A program made the translations under genes and the position numbers. From the NCBI GenBank assembly GCA_039680575.1, contig JBDKSP010000042.1:1-42392 (forward strand): a stretch of 42,392 nt of DNA, read 5' to 3'. This DNA is from Armatimonadota bacterium (lineage in GTDB: Bacteria > Armatimonadota > UBA5829 > DTLH01). The notes beneath the pieces were generated by a model that was given only the letters and a program-made list of their open reading frames with translations, ran no database searches and was not told the DNA's origin. Shown here one piece after another: positions 8,188 to 15,931 of the stretch (positions within the stretch are counted from its first letter, which is position 1; the number at the start of each line of letters is the position of its first letter).

Positions 8188-9762
8188 ATGACCAAGTTTG
8201 AGTTTATATGCGTTGCACCGATGATTATGCTCGCAGCACTGGGAATTATAGTGCTCCTCATCGGTACGATTACGGACAGGTTCCCAAAAGGACGGCTGAA
8301 CCACTGGTTCCCGCCCGAGTATTTCTCGGCGACTATGATGGTTCCCGTCATAATAATGGCAGGAGCTGCGCTCTGGTTCAGCATCTACCGCGGCACAGCA
8401 GAATTATTCTGTCTGAACGGCACGACCAATCCGCTTATCATGGTCGATCCTTTCGCCGCTTTTATGGGGCTCATCGCAATTGTCGGCACATTTGTCGTGA
8501 TGCTTATGTCGTGGGAATACTTCGGCGACCACAATACTAAGCACCGTGGCGAATATTTCGCGCTTCTTTTCTTTGCAACGACCGCGATTCTTCTTGTGAC
8601 GGCATCGACCGACCTTATAATGATCTACCTGTCGCTGGAGTTCTTGAGTCTGTCGTCTTATGTGCTCGCATCTTACTGGAAGAACGACCCTAAATCGAGC
8701 GAAGCCGGACTGAAGTATCTCATCTTCGGCGCAACTTCTTCCGCAGTAATGCTCTACGGTATGTCGATGCTCTATGGGCTTACTAATTCGACTAACCTGG
8801 GCACGATAGCATCGACTTTGAGCCGCGGCGAAGTGATGTCGCTTCCTGGAGCGCTCACTGCAGTCATAATGGTGCTGGTCGGACTAGGATTCAAGCTTGC
8901 GCTGGTCCCGTTCCACCTTTGGGCGCCGGATGTATACGAAGGAGCCCCCACCCCGATCACTGCGTGGCTCTCAGTCGCATCGAAAGCAGCCGGACTCGCG
9001 GTCGTGACCCGATTCCTGCTTGTTGCAGTCCCCGTCAGCTCCGGGGTCGATTGGTACACAATCGTTCTCATACTCGCAGGCGCCAGTATGACGCTTGGAA
9101 ACCTGGCAGCTATCCCGCAGAAGAATATCAAGCGTATGCTTGCTTATTCCAGCATAGCGCAGGTCGGCTATATGCTGATCGGTCTTCTCGCAGCAGCGGC
9201 GACTATATCTCCCAACTCACCGGATTCCGCCGTAAAAATGGGTTATATGGCCGTTTCGAACCAGAACATCGGCACGACGAACTACGGACTGGCCGGGCTT
9301 ATGATCTACGCCGCGAGCTACCTGGTTATGAACCTTGGAGTGTTCGCGGTAGTTATCGGGATCGAAAAGCGGACCGGGAACTCCGAAATAGAGTCTTTTG
9401 CAGGAATGGTGAAGCGGGCTCCGTTCTTTGCCTGGTCGCTCGTTTTATTCCTGCTTTCTCTTGCTGGAATCCCACCGACCGCCGGCTTCCTCGGTAAGGC
9501 GTATGTCTTTGCGGGAGCAATCCAGTCCGCACGGACCGACCTCCTGGTCCTTGCCATCATAGCGATAGCAAACAGCGTGGTTTCCATCTACTACTACTTC
9601 AACGTAGTCCGAGTGGTATTTATGAAGGACGCGGAGACGAAAACCCAGCTCCGACCGTCTGTATCCCTTACGGTTGCCGTATCTCTTATGCTTATCTTCA
9701 CATTCGGGATATTCGTCGCCGCCGGACCGCTTATCCAGTTGGTAAGAGCAGCTATTCTTTAG
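8188..9762 (+). CDS. nuoN: NADH-quinone oxidoreductase subunit N
   Basis: SSEAGLKY, FKLALVPFHLWAPDVYEGAPTP, KRMLAYSSIAQ, SLAGIPPTAGFLGK. Confidence 0.97.
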   Translation: MTKFEFICVAPMIMLAALGIIVLLIGTITDRFPKGRLNHWFPPEYFSATMMVPVIIMAGAALWFSIYRGTAELFCLNGTTNPLIMVDPFAAFMGLIAIVGTFVVMLMSWEYFGDHNTKHRGEYFALLFFATTAILLVTASTDLIMIYLSLEFLSLSSYVLASYWKNDPKSSEAGLKYLIFGATSSAVMLYGMSMLYGLTNSTNLGTIASTLSRGEVMSLPGALTAVIMVLVGLGFKLALVPFHLWAPDVYEGAPTPITAWLSVASKAAGLAVVTRFLLVAVPVSSGVDWYTIVLILAGASMTLGNLAAIPQKNIKRMLAYSSIAQVGYMLIGLLAAAATISPNSPDSAVKMGYMAVSNQNIGTTNYGLAGLMIYAASYLVMNLGVFAVVIGIEKRTGNSEIESFAGMVKRAPFFAWSLVLFLLSLAGIPPTAGFLGKAYVFAGAIQSARTDLLVLAIIAIANSVVSIYYYFNVVRVVFMKDAETKTQLRPSVSLTVAVSLMLIFTFGIFVAAGPLIQLVRAAIL

Positions 9763-9774
9763 AATCTGAAAATC

Positions 9775-9812
9775 AAAAGCTCCGGGTGCTTAGCACCTCG
9801 GAGCTTTTTTTT
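9775..9812 (+). terminator. Intrinsic terminator after nuoN (possibly bidirectional)
   Basis: AAAAGCTCCGGGTGCT-T-AGCACCTCGGAGC followed by T8. Confidence 0.85.
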
Positions 9813-9816
9813 GGAT

Positions 9817-9850
9817 AGTTCCCCGAGACTGGACGATTTTCGAGCTTTTC
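9817..9850. repeat. att-like site A (right half plus degenerate core)
   Basis: TTCCCCGAGACTGGACGATTTTCGAGCTTTTC versus CTCCCCTGGCTGGACGATTTTAGAACTTTTC in site B. Confidence 0.65.
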
Positions 9851-9874
9851 TGGCAATGACATCACACAAACCTC

Positions 9875-9922
9875 TTGACAAGTGGGTTCCCCTGTTTTAT
9901 TATTTAGATGTTAGACTAATTA
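9875..9922 (+). promoter_or_regulatory. sigma70 promoter and probable ArsR/SdpR auto-operator
   Basis: TTGACA-N17-TATTAT, followed by the imperfect inverted repeat ATTTAG-N8-CTAATT. Confidence 0.55.
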
Positions 9923-9937
9923 GCAAATAGGTGTGGC

Positions 9938-10288
9938 ATGAGCAAGGTGTTCCGAGCGCTTTCAGACCCTACTAGACGGAAGATCCTTCAGCTTCTGCGT
10001 AAGCGTGACATGACAGCCGGCGAGATCGCAAAGCATTTTGAGATCACAAAGCCCACGCTGTCGCGGCACTTTGCCATCCTGAAGGAGGCAGACCTGATCT
10101 ACGGCAATAGGGTACGTACTACCATCACTTATCACCTGAACGTCTCTGTGCTGGAAGATGCCTTAGTCACTCTACTTGATACCTTCGATCTCCTCAATGA
10201 AAGAGACCTTGGCAAACCTGAAAACCGAATGGCGTCTCCAAATCAAGAGTCATCTTGCACGGTACAACGAGTTGTGGAGGAAAAATAG
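9938..10288 (+). CDS. ArsR/SmtB family autorepressor, SdpR-like
   Basis: VFRALSDPTRRKILQLL...MTAGEIAKHFEITKPTLSRHFAILKEADL...YHLNVSVLED. Confidence 0.9.
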   Translation: MSKVFRALSDPTRRKILQLLRKRDMTAGEIAKHFEITKPTLSRHFAILKEADLIYGNRVRTTITYHLNVSVLEDALVTLLDTFDLLNERDLGKPENRMASPNQESSCTVQRVVEEK

Positions 10289-10290
10289 CA

Positions 10291-10962
10291 GTGGAAACTC
10301 AGTCGACATCCAGTATCAGACCGGTACTTATGGCGAGCGCCATCATTCTGGGAATAATGCTGATCCTCACCGTGGTGGCTTGGATCAAAATTCCTGCTGG
10401 GCAAATGATTGCCACGCACTCAAATCTGAGGGGTCAGCCTGACGCATATTCAAACAAGACGGTCGGGCTCTTAGGGCTTCCTATTGCCACTCTCATTTTA
10501 GCAGGGGTCTTCCTTCTGTTGGCTAAGATTCAGAACCTCTCTTCAGTCAAGACAATCATGTGGGTTGCAGCCCTGACACCCATGGTCGTGTTGCAGGTAA
10601 TCGGAATATGCAATGCCCTTGGTCGGAAGCTGAACGCTATTACTGTGATATGGGGAACGTTAGGATTGCTTCTCATCGTGGTCGGCAACTACTTCCCGAA
10701 GCTTCGTAGGAATCGCGTCTCAGGAATCAAGACTCCTTGGACACTTTCCAGTGAGCTTTCGTGGAACAAGACCCACCGGATTGGTGGGCCGCTCGTCATG
10801 CTGTACGGACTGATGACTCTGATGAGTGTGGTCTTCTGTGATCCCATCACTCTCTTTAAGCTCATCGTCGCTGGCGGAGTGCTTCTCGCCCTCTTTTTGA
10901 TTGTGTACTCATACATTGTCTGGAAAAGCGATCCGGGTCGCTCACCATGGCTTCGTATATAG
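10291..10962 (+). CDS. SdpI/YhfL family membrane immunity protein with DUF1648
   Basis: IATHSNLRGQPD (DUF1648-like) and GNYFPKLRRNRVSGIKTPWTLSSELSWNKTHRIGG (SdpI). GTG start after GGAGG. Confidence 0.9.
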   Translation: METQSTSSIRPVLMASAIILGIMLILTVVAWIKIPAGQMIATHSNLRGQPDAYSNKTVGLLGLPIATLILAGVFLLLAKIQNLSSVKTIMWVAALTPMVVLQVIGICNALGRKLNAITVIWGTLGLLLIVVGNYFPKLRRNRVSGIKTPWTLSSELSWNKTHRIGGPLVMLYGLMTLMSVVFCDPITLFKLIVAGGVLLALFLIVYSYIVWKSDPGRSPWLRI

Positions 10963-10995
10963 CTGTGTAGAGGTCGAAGGCAGCGTGAAACAAAC

Positions 10996-11074
10996 AGGCA
11001 GAGCAACTCTACAACTGACCTGCCTTGATCTTCAAATTTGCTGGCTCCCCTGGCTGGACGATTTTAGAACTTTT
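10996..11074. repeat. att-like site B (complete: hairpin, CTTCAAATTT, tRNA-3'-like core, right half)
   Basis: 11028-11074 matches 12015-12061 at 46/47 nt. The minus strand contains GTCCAGCCAGGGGAGCCA. Confidence 0.9.
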
Positions 11075-11150
11075 CGGTGGAAGCGGCGTAAAATATTAAA
11101 TGTAGCCTATCGCTCGCGGGTCAAATTCTACTACTGCTATTCCTCGGTCG

Positions 11151-11948
11151 TTATGAGCTGGACTGCAGCATGGCACAAACCTCTGCTGCCAACCAAAACA
11201 GTTTCTGGTTACCAGTAACCGGCTGATGCTCACAACGTGAATCCCATACCTCCCCACTCACGTCATCCGCAGAAGAGAGCAGTTGCCCGATGGTAATATT
11301 CCTGAAGTGCGCAACGGCAAAGAGTGCAGAAGCTTCCATTTCTACAGCCAAACAACCTTCGCTTCGACGGCGATTAACTTTTCTAGGTGTCTCCCTGAAG
11401 ATTGCATCCGTTGTCCACGTTTTTCCCATTAGATATCTGCATTTATGTGCAGTGAGTATATCAGCAATCATCGATATTGCTTCAGGAGATGGCTTTATTT
11501 CGCGCGCGGGTGGTAAATAATGATATGATGTTCCTTCATCTCTGATAGCGGCGGTTGGCACAATAATTGTTCCTTTTGTAATACTGCTATCAAGTACTCC
11601 GCAGGATCCACAAACTATGACTCTTCGACAACCTAAGGAAATGACTTCTTCGAGAAGTGCCGCAGCAAATGAAGCGCCAAGACCAAGCTGGAACACGGCC
11701 AATGTAGTACCAAAAGCCTGAATTTCGTATATTGGATGTTTCCCCATGCTGGAACTCAAATGGTGTATCTGTAACGCATGCCCATCCGCAACAAGCTGAT
11801 CAATGACAGTTTGATTAAAGCAGGCTACAGCGCGGTCATGCATCACTCCAGCCCTAGCTGTGTGGACAGGTTCTATGATTGCATGCGGCTTATCATCAAA
11901 TTCCAGAATAGGAAACTCATGCTCGATCATTTTTGCTGTTTCAGGCAA
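11151..11948 (-). CDS. Nucleoside (uridine/purine) phosphorylase family protein, PNP_UDP_1 (start TTG 11948 or ATG 11930)
   Basis: GSCG, AIRDEGTSYHYLPP, WTTDAIFRET, AVEMEASALFA. Confidence 0.9.
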   Translation of the reverse strand: MPETAKMIEHEFPILEFDDKPHAIIEPVHTARAGVMHDRAVACFNQTVIDQLVADGHALQIHHLSSSMGKHPIYEIQAFGTTLAVFQLGLGASFAAALLEEVISLGCRRVIVCGSCGVLDSSITKGTIIVPTAAIRDEGTSYHYLPPAREIKPSPEAISMIADILTAHKCRYLMGKTWTTDAIFRETPRKVNRRRSEGCLAVEMEASALFAVAHFRNITIGQLLSSADDVSGEVWDSRCEHQPVTGNQKLFWLAAEVCAMLQSSS

Positions 11949-11982
11949 CCATTCTCCTGAAGCCTCTCCCCTAAACGCACTA

Positions 11983-12061
11983 AAGCATCACAATTATACA
12001 ACTTCTCTGCCATAATCTTCAAATTTACTGGCTCCCCTGGCTGGACGATTTTAGAACTTTT
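11983..12061. repeat. att-like site C (complete; minus-strand promoter intact)
   Basis: Near-identical to site B. Minus strand TTGAAG-N18-TATAAT at 12022-11993. Confidence 0.9.
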
Positions 12062-12125
12062 TGGATCGATGGTGAGCAGCGGAATTGGACTACAGGTCAT
12101 CTCCACCACAGTATTAGCTGACGGG

Positions 12126-12407
12126 TTATGCTTTTATTTCGCTGTGTATCTGATCCAGTTTCTGCCGGTTCTCTGAACCCATCGGTGAACATCCATCAAT
12201 CGCATCACATGGATACTCATCACAGTAGCCACAATTCGCGACTTCCTTATCTACCACGCATTGTCTTATGTTGCAGCCTTCATTTTTGCTGTCGTTAATG
12301 CAGCCCTCGCACGGGTCCTCTATCTCTTTGATTGCATCTCTATTCTCAGCGCTCGTGAAACGAGAGCATTCGTTGCACAACATGCCGCACGCACCTATGT
12401 AATCCAT
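12126..12407 (-). CDS. DUF3795 cysteine-rich protein
   Basis: CGMLCNEC...CEGC...CNIRQC...CGYCDEYPC pattern. GAGGAGG RBS. Confidence 0.85.
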   Translation of the reverse strand: MDYIGACGMLCNECSRFTSAENRDAIKEIEDPCEGCINDSKNEGCNIRQCVVDKEVANCGYCDEYPCDAIDGCSPMGSENRQKLDQIHSEIKA

Positions 12408-12424
12408 TTGATGATGACCTCCTC

Positions 12425-13018
12425 TTACATGGGTTTCAGGTTGTTGTTCAGTCTTTCTATAATCCGCGCTAGGCGTCTTGCTCTAGCTTCTTCAGACACG
12501 GCGGCTAAGTACACTGCGGTGTAAGTTACCCTAACAGATTGGGACATGGCCAGGAAATTAGAATACGCCGGTTCCGTACCTTTTAGCAGTTCAACAAGAG
12601 TGTTAAGCTGTTCATCCGTGAATGGTACAGGCTTGGGGGTATCCCATGTGCCTCTTCTCTTTGCCTCTTCGACTTTAGCGCGGCCATGATCCGTCATTTT
12701 GCCTTGTGCTTCCAGGGAATCAATCAAGCCTTTATTCTTCTCGGACCATTTGCTCCCTTTTCGCCTTTGGGCAAAATACTTCTTGTAGGCAGTCTCATCA
12801 AGGCTATTCATCTGCCCATCGATCCAACCGAAGCAGAGCGCTTCTTCTAGAGCTTCACTTGCGGACAGTGTTTTGGGTCCACCCTTCTTGCCGATAACCA
12901 ACCAAATTCCCTGAACCGACTGGCAATTTTCGTTGAGCCACTCGCGGAATTCTTCTCTTGATGCAAACTGGTACATTGATGTAATCTGATATTGATCTCT
13001 GGCTTCAATTGCAGTCAT
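12425..13018 (-). CDS. YdeI/OmpD-associated (OmdA) family protein
   Basis: EALEEALCFGWIDG, FAQRRKGSKWSEKNK, RARRLARII. GGAGG RBS before ATG 13018. Confidence 0.9.
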   Translation of the reverse strand: MTAIEARDQYQITSMYQFASREEFREWLNENCQSVQGIWLVIGKKGGPKTLSASEALEEALCFGWIDGQMNSLDETAYKKYFAQRRKGSKWSEKNKGLIDSLEAQGKMTDHGRAKVEEAKRRGTWDTPKPVPFTDEQLNTLVELLKGTEPAYSNFLAMSQSVRVTYTAVYLAAVSEEARARRLARIIERLNNNLKPM

Positions 13019-13090
13019 GAATCCTCCGCTTCGCAGATGCTGAGTTTGGGAAGCCTTTTTCCTGAAACCTAACGCTCCCAGACGTACAAA

Positions 13091-13135
13091 AGGCAGGGCA
13101 ATTATACAACTGCTCTGCCTCAAACTTCAAATTTG
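13091..13135. repeat. att-like site D (hairpin/promoter half only)
   Basis: AGGCAGGGCA-ATTATACAAC-TGCTCTGCCT-CAAA-CTTCAAATTTG. Minus strand TTGAAG-N18-TATAAT, and the hairpin is followed by a short T run. Confidence 0.85.
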
Positions 13136-13221
13136 TGTAATAGTTCACTCTTGTAAGAATTATATATTATCCTGAACAACTAACTCGTCATTATGGAAGG
13201 ACGTCACCCTGGACGGCAAAC

Positions 13222-13355
13222 ACGTCACCCTGAGCTAAGGAGTTTCAGGTATTACCTGAAACTCTCCCCGGAAGATTTTCGGCTATAGCCGAAAATCCAT
13301 AGATTCAGGGTCCAGTTTTTCCTGGATTCCGAGTCAAGCTCGGAATGACGTTGTG
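13222..13355. repeat. REP-like GTCA...TGAC palindromic element with nested hairpins
   Basis: CGTCACCCTGAGCT ... GATTCAGGGTCC ... GGATTCCGAGTCAAGCTCGGAATGACG, enclosing GAGTTTCAGGTATTACCTGAAACTC and GATTTTCGGCTATAGCCGAAAATC. Homolog at 37487-37675. Confidence 0.75.
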
Positions 13356-13360
13356 GTAGT

Positions 13361-14515
13361 TCAGCATGATATTATACTCATCAACTCTGAACTCTTACAA
13401 ATTTGTTGGCTCCCCAGCGCTGACTCTGTCTCCCCTATTACCCGCTCATCCGTCTCCGACTTCAAAGCCTGCCGAAGCGCTTCGCAGGCGTCATTACCGC
13501 CGATTTGGCCGAGAGCCCACGCCGCATGGACTCGTATTACGGGTTCAGGATCATTAAGCGCCTCTATCAACACAGTTACAGCGGAAGGATCGCCGATATT
13601 ACCGAGCGCTACAGCAACATTTCGGCGAAATCTCGTTCTGCCTATCCATGCTATGGCCGTCGGGCCGATTATACGGTCGAATTCTTCCTGGCTGATGTTC
13701 AGGAGAGGTATCAGGGCTGGATGATGAAGAATAAGCGTCTCTTCGCCCTGTTTTGAGGAAATTCCGACGTTTTTCGGGCAGGACTCCTGGCAGATGTCGC
13801 AGCCATAGATGCTGTCACCGATGATCGGCCTAAGCTCACGCGGGATAATCCCTTTCATCTGAGTCAGATGGGATATACACCTCGTCTGGTCGATCACGAA
13901 CGGGCAGGCAATCGCACCGGAAGGACAGTTACGAACGCATATATCGCAGTCGCCGCACTCTTCCATCGGGGCAGGATCGTCATATTCGAGCTCGACATCC
14001 GTGACCATCTCGCCCAGGACAACCCATGAGCCCGATTTTTCGGTGATAATGGAGGCATTCTTTCCATAGGAGCCGATTCCGGCTGCGCGGGCTGCGGCGC
14101 GGTCGATCATCGAGCCGGTATCTACGCAAATCTTACATTTTGCGGAAGGGATCTGCTCGACCAGCCATTCCCCAAGCTCTTGAAGTCGCTCTGTGACGAC
14201 AACATGGTAATCTTGCCCCGTAGCGAACCTGGCAACCAGACCCTTTGGCCCCCTGCCCTCATCCACCTTCTCCGTGGCAAGGTAAGGCCATGCCACAACG
14301 ATCATCGATTTGGCTTCAGGGACAAGCGATTCCGGGTGGGTAAATCGTTCGGCAGGTTTTCGGCTAAACCCGTAGTCTTTCAGCCTGCCGGACTCGACTC
14401 TTTCTTTTAAGGCTTCTTCGGCAAAGTCGAGCGCGGCAGCCGGAGCGATTCCGACCGCTGATAAACCAAGCTCGAAAGCCCTCTTTTTCAGTTGAGCAGT
14501 GAGATTATCATTCAT
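13361..14515 (-). CDS. queG: tRNA epoxyqueuosine(34) reductase with C-terminal HEAT repeats
   Basis: ARFATGQDYH, VDTGSMIDR, GIGSYGKN, CGDCDICVRNCP, CISHLT, IYGCDICQESCP, RNVAVALGN. Start reassigned to ATG 14515. Confidence 0.95.
   Translation of the reverse strand: MNDNLTAQLKKRAFELGLSAVGIAPAAALDFAEEALKERVESGRLKDYGFSRKPAERFTHPESLVPEAKSMIVVAWPYLATEKVDEGRGPKGLVARFATGQDYHVVVTERLQELGEWLVEQIPSAKCKICVDTGSMIDRAAARAAGIGSYGKNASIITEKSGSWVVLGEMVTDVELEYDDPAPMEECGDCDICVRNCPSGAIACPFVIDQTRCISHLTQMKGIIPRELRPIIGDSIYGCDICQESCPKNVGISSKQGEETLILHHPALIPLLNISQEEFDRIIGPTAIAWIGRTRFRRNVAVALGNIGDPSAVTVLIEALNDPEPVIRVHAAWALGQIGGNDACEALRQALKSETDERVIGETESALGSQQICKSSELMSIISC
13371..13415. repeat. att-like site E (promoter half plus GGGGAGCCA core) inside the queG 3' end
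   Basis: Minus strand GGGGAGCCAACAAAT-TTGTAA-N18-TATAAT, the same architecture as sites B-D. Confidence 0.65.
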
Positions 14516-14629
14516 GCTATTAAAAGCTGCTAACACGTATATACACAGACTAGACGGATACTCACAATTAAAATTTTGGAGTGCGGAAGCGACAGCTTCC
14601 GCTTTTCTATCGACATCCACTCACATTGA

Positions 14630-14937
14630 TGGACCTGGGGATCCATGCCCAGGTCCCATTTCTCCGGGGCATCCGTGCCTCTGCTCTTTATGCTGCGGGA
14701 CAAAAAGTGGTCCTTCAGCACGATTTTGTACAGACTCGAAAGATTGGCTTCGGCGCAAAATACGTGCGCGAAGCATAAAATCTGCCCCTTCTCCCCTTGC
14801 AGGAGAAGGTTGGGATGAGGGGTATTTATGCTGCGGGAATGGCAGGTCTGTATAATCTACTGATTTACACAGATTTAATTCCCGCAGCATTGAGATATTT
14901 CACCCTAACCCTAGCCCTCTCCCGTCAAGGGAGAGAG
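14630..14937. repeat. Mosaic of palindromic repeats, including a 63-bp MITE-like element nested in a CCCTCTCCC-type REP pair
   Basis: Arms CCCCTTCTCCCCTTGCAGGAGAAGGTTGGGATGAGGGG and CACCCTAACCCTAGCCCTCTCCCGTCAAGGGAGAG enclose ATGCTGCGGGAAT...ATTCCCGCAGCAT (14828-14890). 14737-14776 matches the reverse complement of 39566-39605 at 35/40. Confidence 0.8.
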
Positions 14938-15037
14938 TATGTCCGGCAGCTTTGCTGCCTATGGCCGGCACGGAGACCGGCCACTACTTCTATTTCGTGT
15001 TTTCCTGGTTTCCTACTTTCGTGATAGAAAAAAGCCC

Positions 15038-15904
15038 CTACTTCATCTGCTCCGCCGCGTGGTAAGAGCTTCTGACGAGTGGGGCGGACTCCACATGGCG
15101 GAAGCCGAGCTCCAGACCGGTCTTTTTGAGCTCTTCGAACTCTTCGGGCGTGTAGTATCTGTCTATCGGGGCGTGATTGACGGACGGCCGCAGATACTGG
15201 CCGATTGTCAAAATATCACAGCAGTATTCCCTGAGGTCTTTCATCGTCTCGACGATCTCAGGAATGGTCTCCCCTACCCCGACCATAATCCCGGACTTCG
15301 TCAGGACCGTCGGGTCTATGTTTTTCGACCGTCGGAGAAGCTCCAGCGACCGTGTATATATCGCCTGCGGGCGGATATGCTGATACATCCGCTCCACCGT
15401 CTCTATATTGTGGTTCAGAATGTCCGGCCTTGCCTCGACGACTACTCTGAGCGGTTCTTCCGACCCTGCAAAGTCGGGAATCAGCACTTCTATGGAGCAA
15501 GTCGGATGAAGCCGCCTGATCGCTTTAATAGTTCCGGCAAATATAGATGCTCCGCCGTCCGGCAAGTCATCTCTCGTCACCGATGTAATGACCGAGTGCT
15601 TGAGCCCAAGGGTTTTGACCGCCTCGCCTACTCTTTCGGGCTCATTTTCGTCGACCGGCTCCGGGCAGCCGCTGTCGACCGCGCAGAACCGGCAGTTTCG
15701 CGTGCAGGTATTGCCCAGAATCATAAAGGTCGCCGTTTTTGCGTGCCAGCACTCCCCTATGTTCGGGCAGTGCGCGCTCTGGCAGACCGTGTGAAGCTCC
15801 ATTTTGTCGACCAATGCCCGTACGTGAGAATAGTTCTCACCAGCCGGAGCTTTGGCCTTAATCCAAGGCGGCTTCGGACCGCCCAATCTGTTGTCTTTAG
15901 CCAA
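15038..15904 (-). CDS. lipA: Lipoyl synthase
   Basis: CQSAHCPNIGEC, CTRNCRFC radical-SAM motif, TSVTRDDL, NHNIETV, PLVRSSYHA. Confidence 0.98.
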   Translation of the reverse strand: MAKDNRLGGPKPPWIKAKAPAGENYSHVRALVDKMELHTVCQSAHCPNIGECWHAKTATFMILGNTCTRNCRFCAVDSGCPEPVDENEPERVGEAVKTLGLKHSVITSVTRDDLPDGGASIFAGTIKAIRRLHPTCSIEVLIPDFAGSEEPLRVVVEARPDILNHNIETVERMYQHIRPQAIYTRSLELLRRSKNIDPTVLTKSGIMVGVGETIPEIVETMKDLREYCCDILTIGQYLRPSVNHAPIDRYYTPEEFEELKKTGLELGFRHVESAPLVRSSYHAAEQMK

Positions 15905-15931
15905 CTGTCTTCTAAATATTCCCCTCTATAG

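Larger units (their letters stand above)
9817..13415. mobile_element. Tandem array of small integrated cassettes delimited by repeated att-like sites A-E
   Basis: Related sites at 9817-9850, 10996-11074, 11983-12061, 13091-13135 and 13371-13415 separate unrelated accessory genes between nuoN and queG. Confidence 0.65.

Noticed and set aside
11042..11059. Intact tRNA-Asn gene
   Set aside because: Only the last 18 nt are tRNA-like; the T-loop is interrupted and no D or anticodon arms can be folded.
10901..11218. ORF containing WLPWLDDFRTF, and minus-strand ORF 11927-12109
   Set aside because: These are translations of the att-like repeats, with no RBS or recombinase domain.
9817..13415. Classical integron (attC) or CRISPR interpretation of the repeats
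   Set aside because: No intI, no RYYYAAC...GTTRRRY attC ends around the sites, spacers are ~1 kb genes, and no cas genes.
14516..14890. N-terminal extension of QueG and small ORFs 14499-14855 and 14621-14890
   Set aside because: They run through palindromic repeat DNA; QueG-like sequence starts at MNDNL (14515).
14939..15931. 330-aa plus-strand ORF
   Set aside because: Antisense shadow of lipA that starts in repeat-adjacent DNA and has no recognisable motif.
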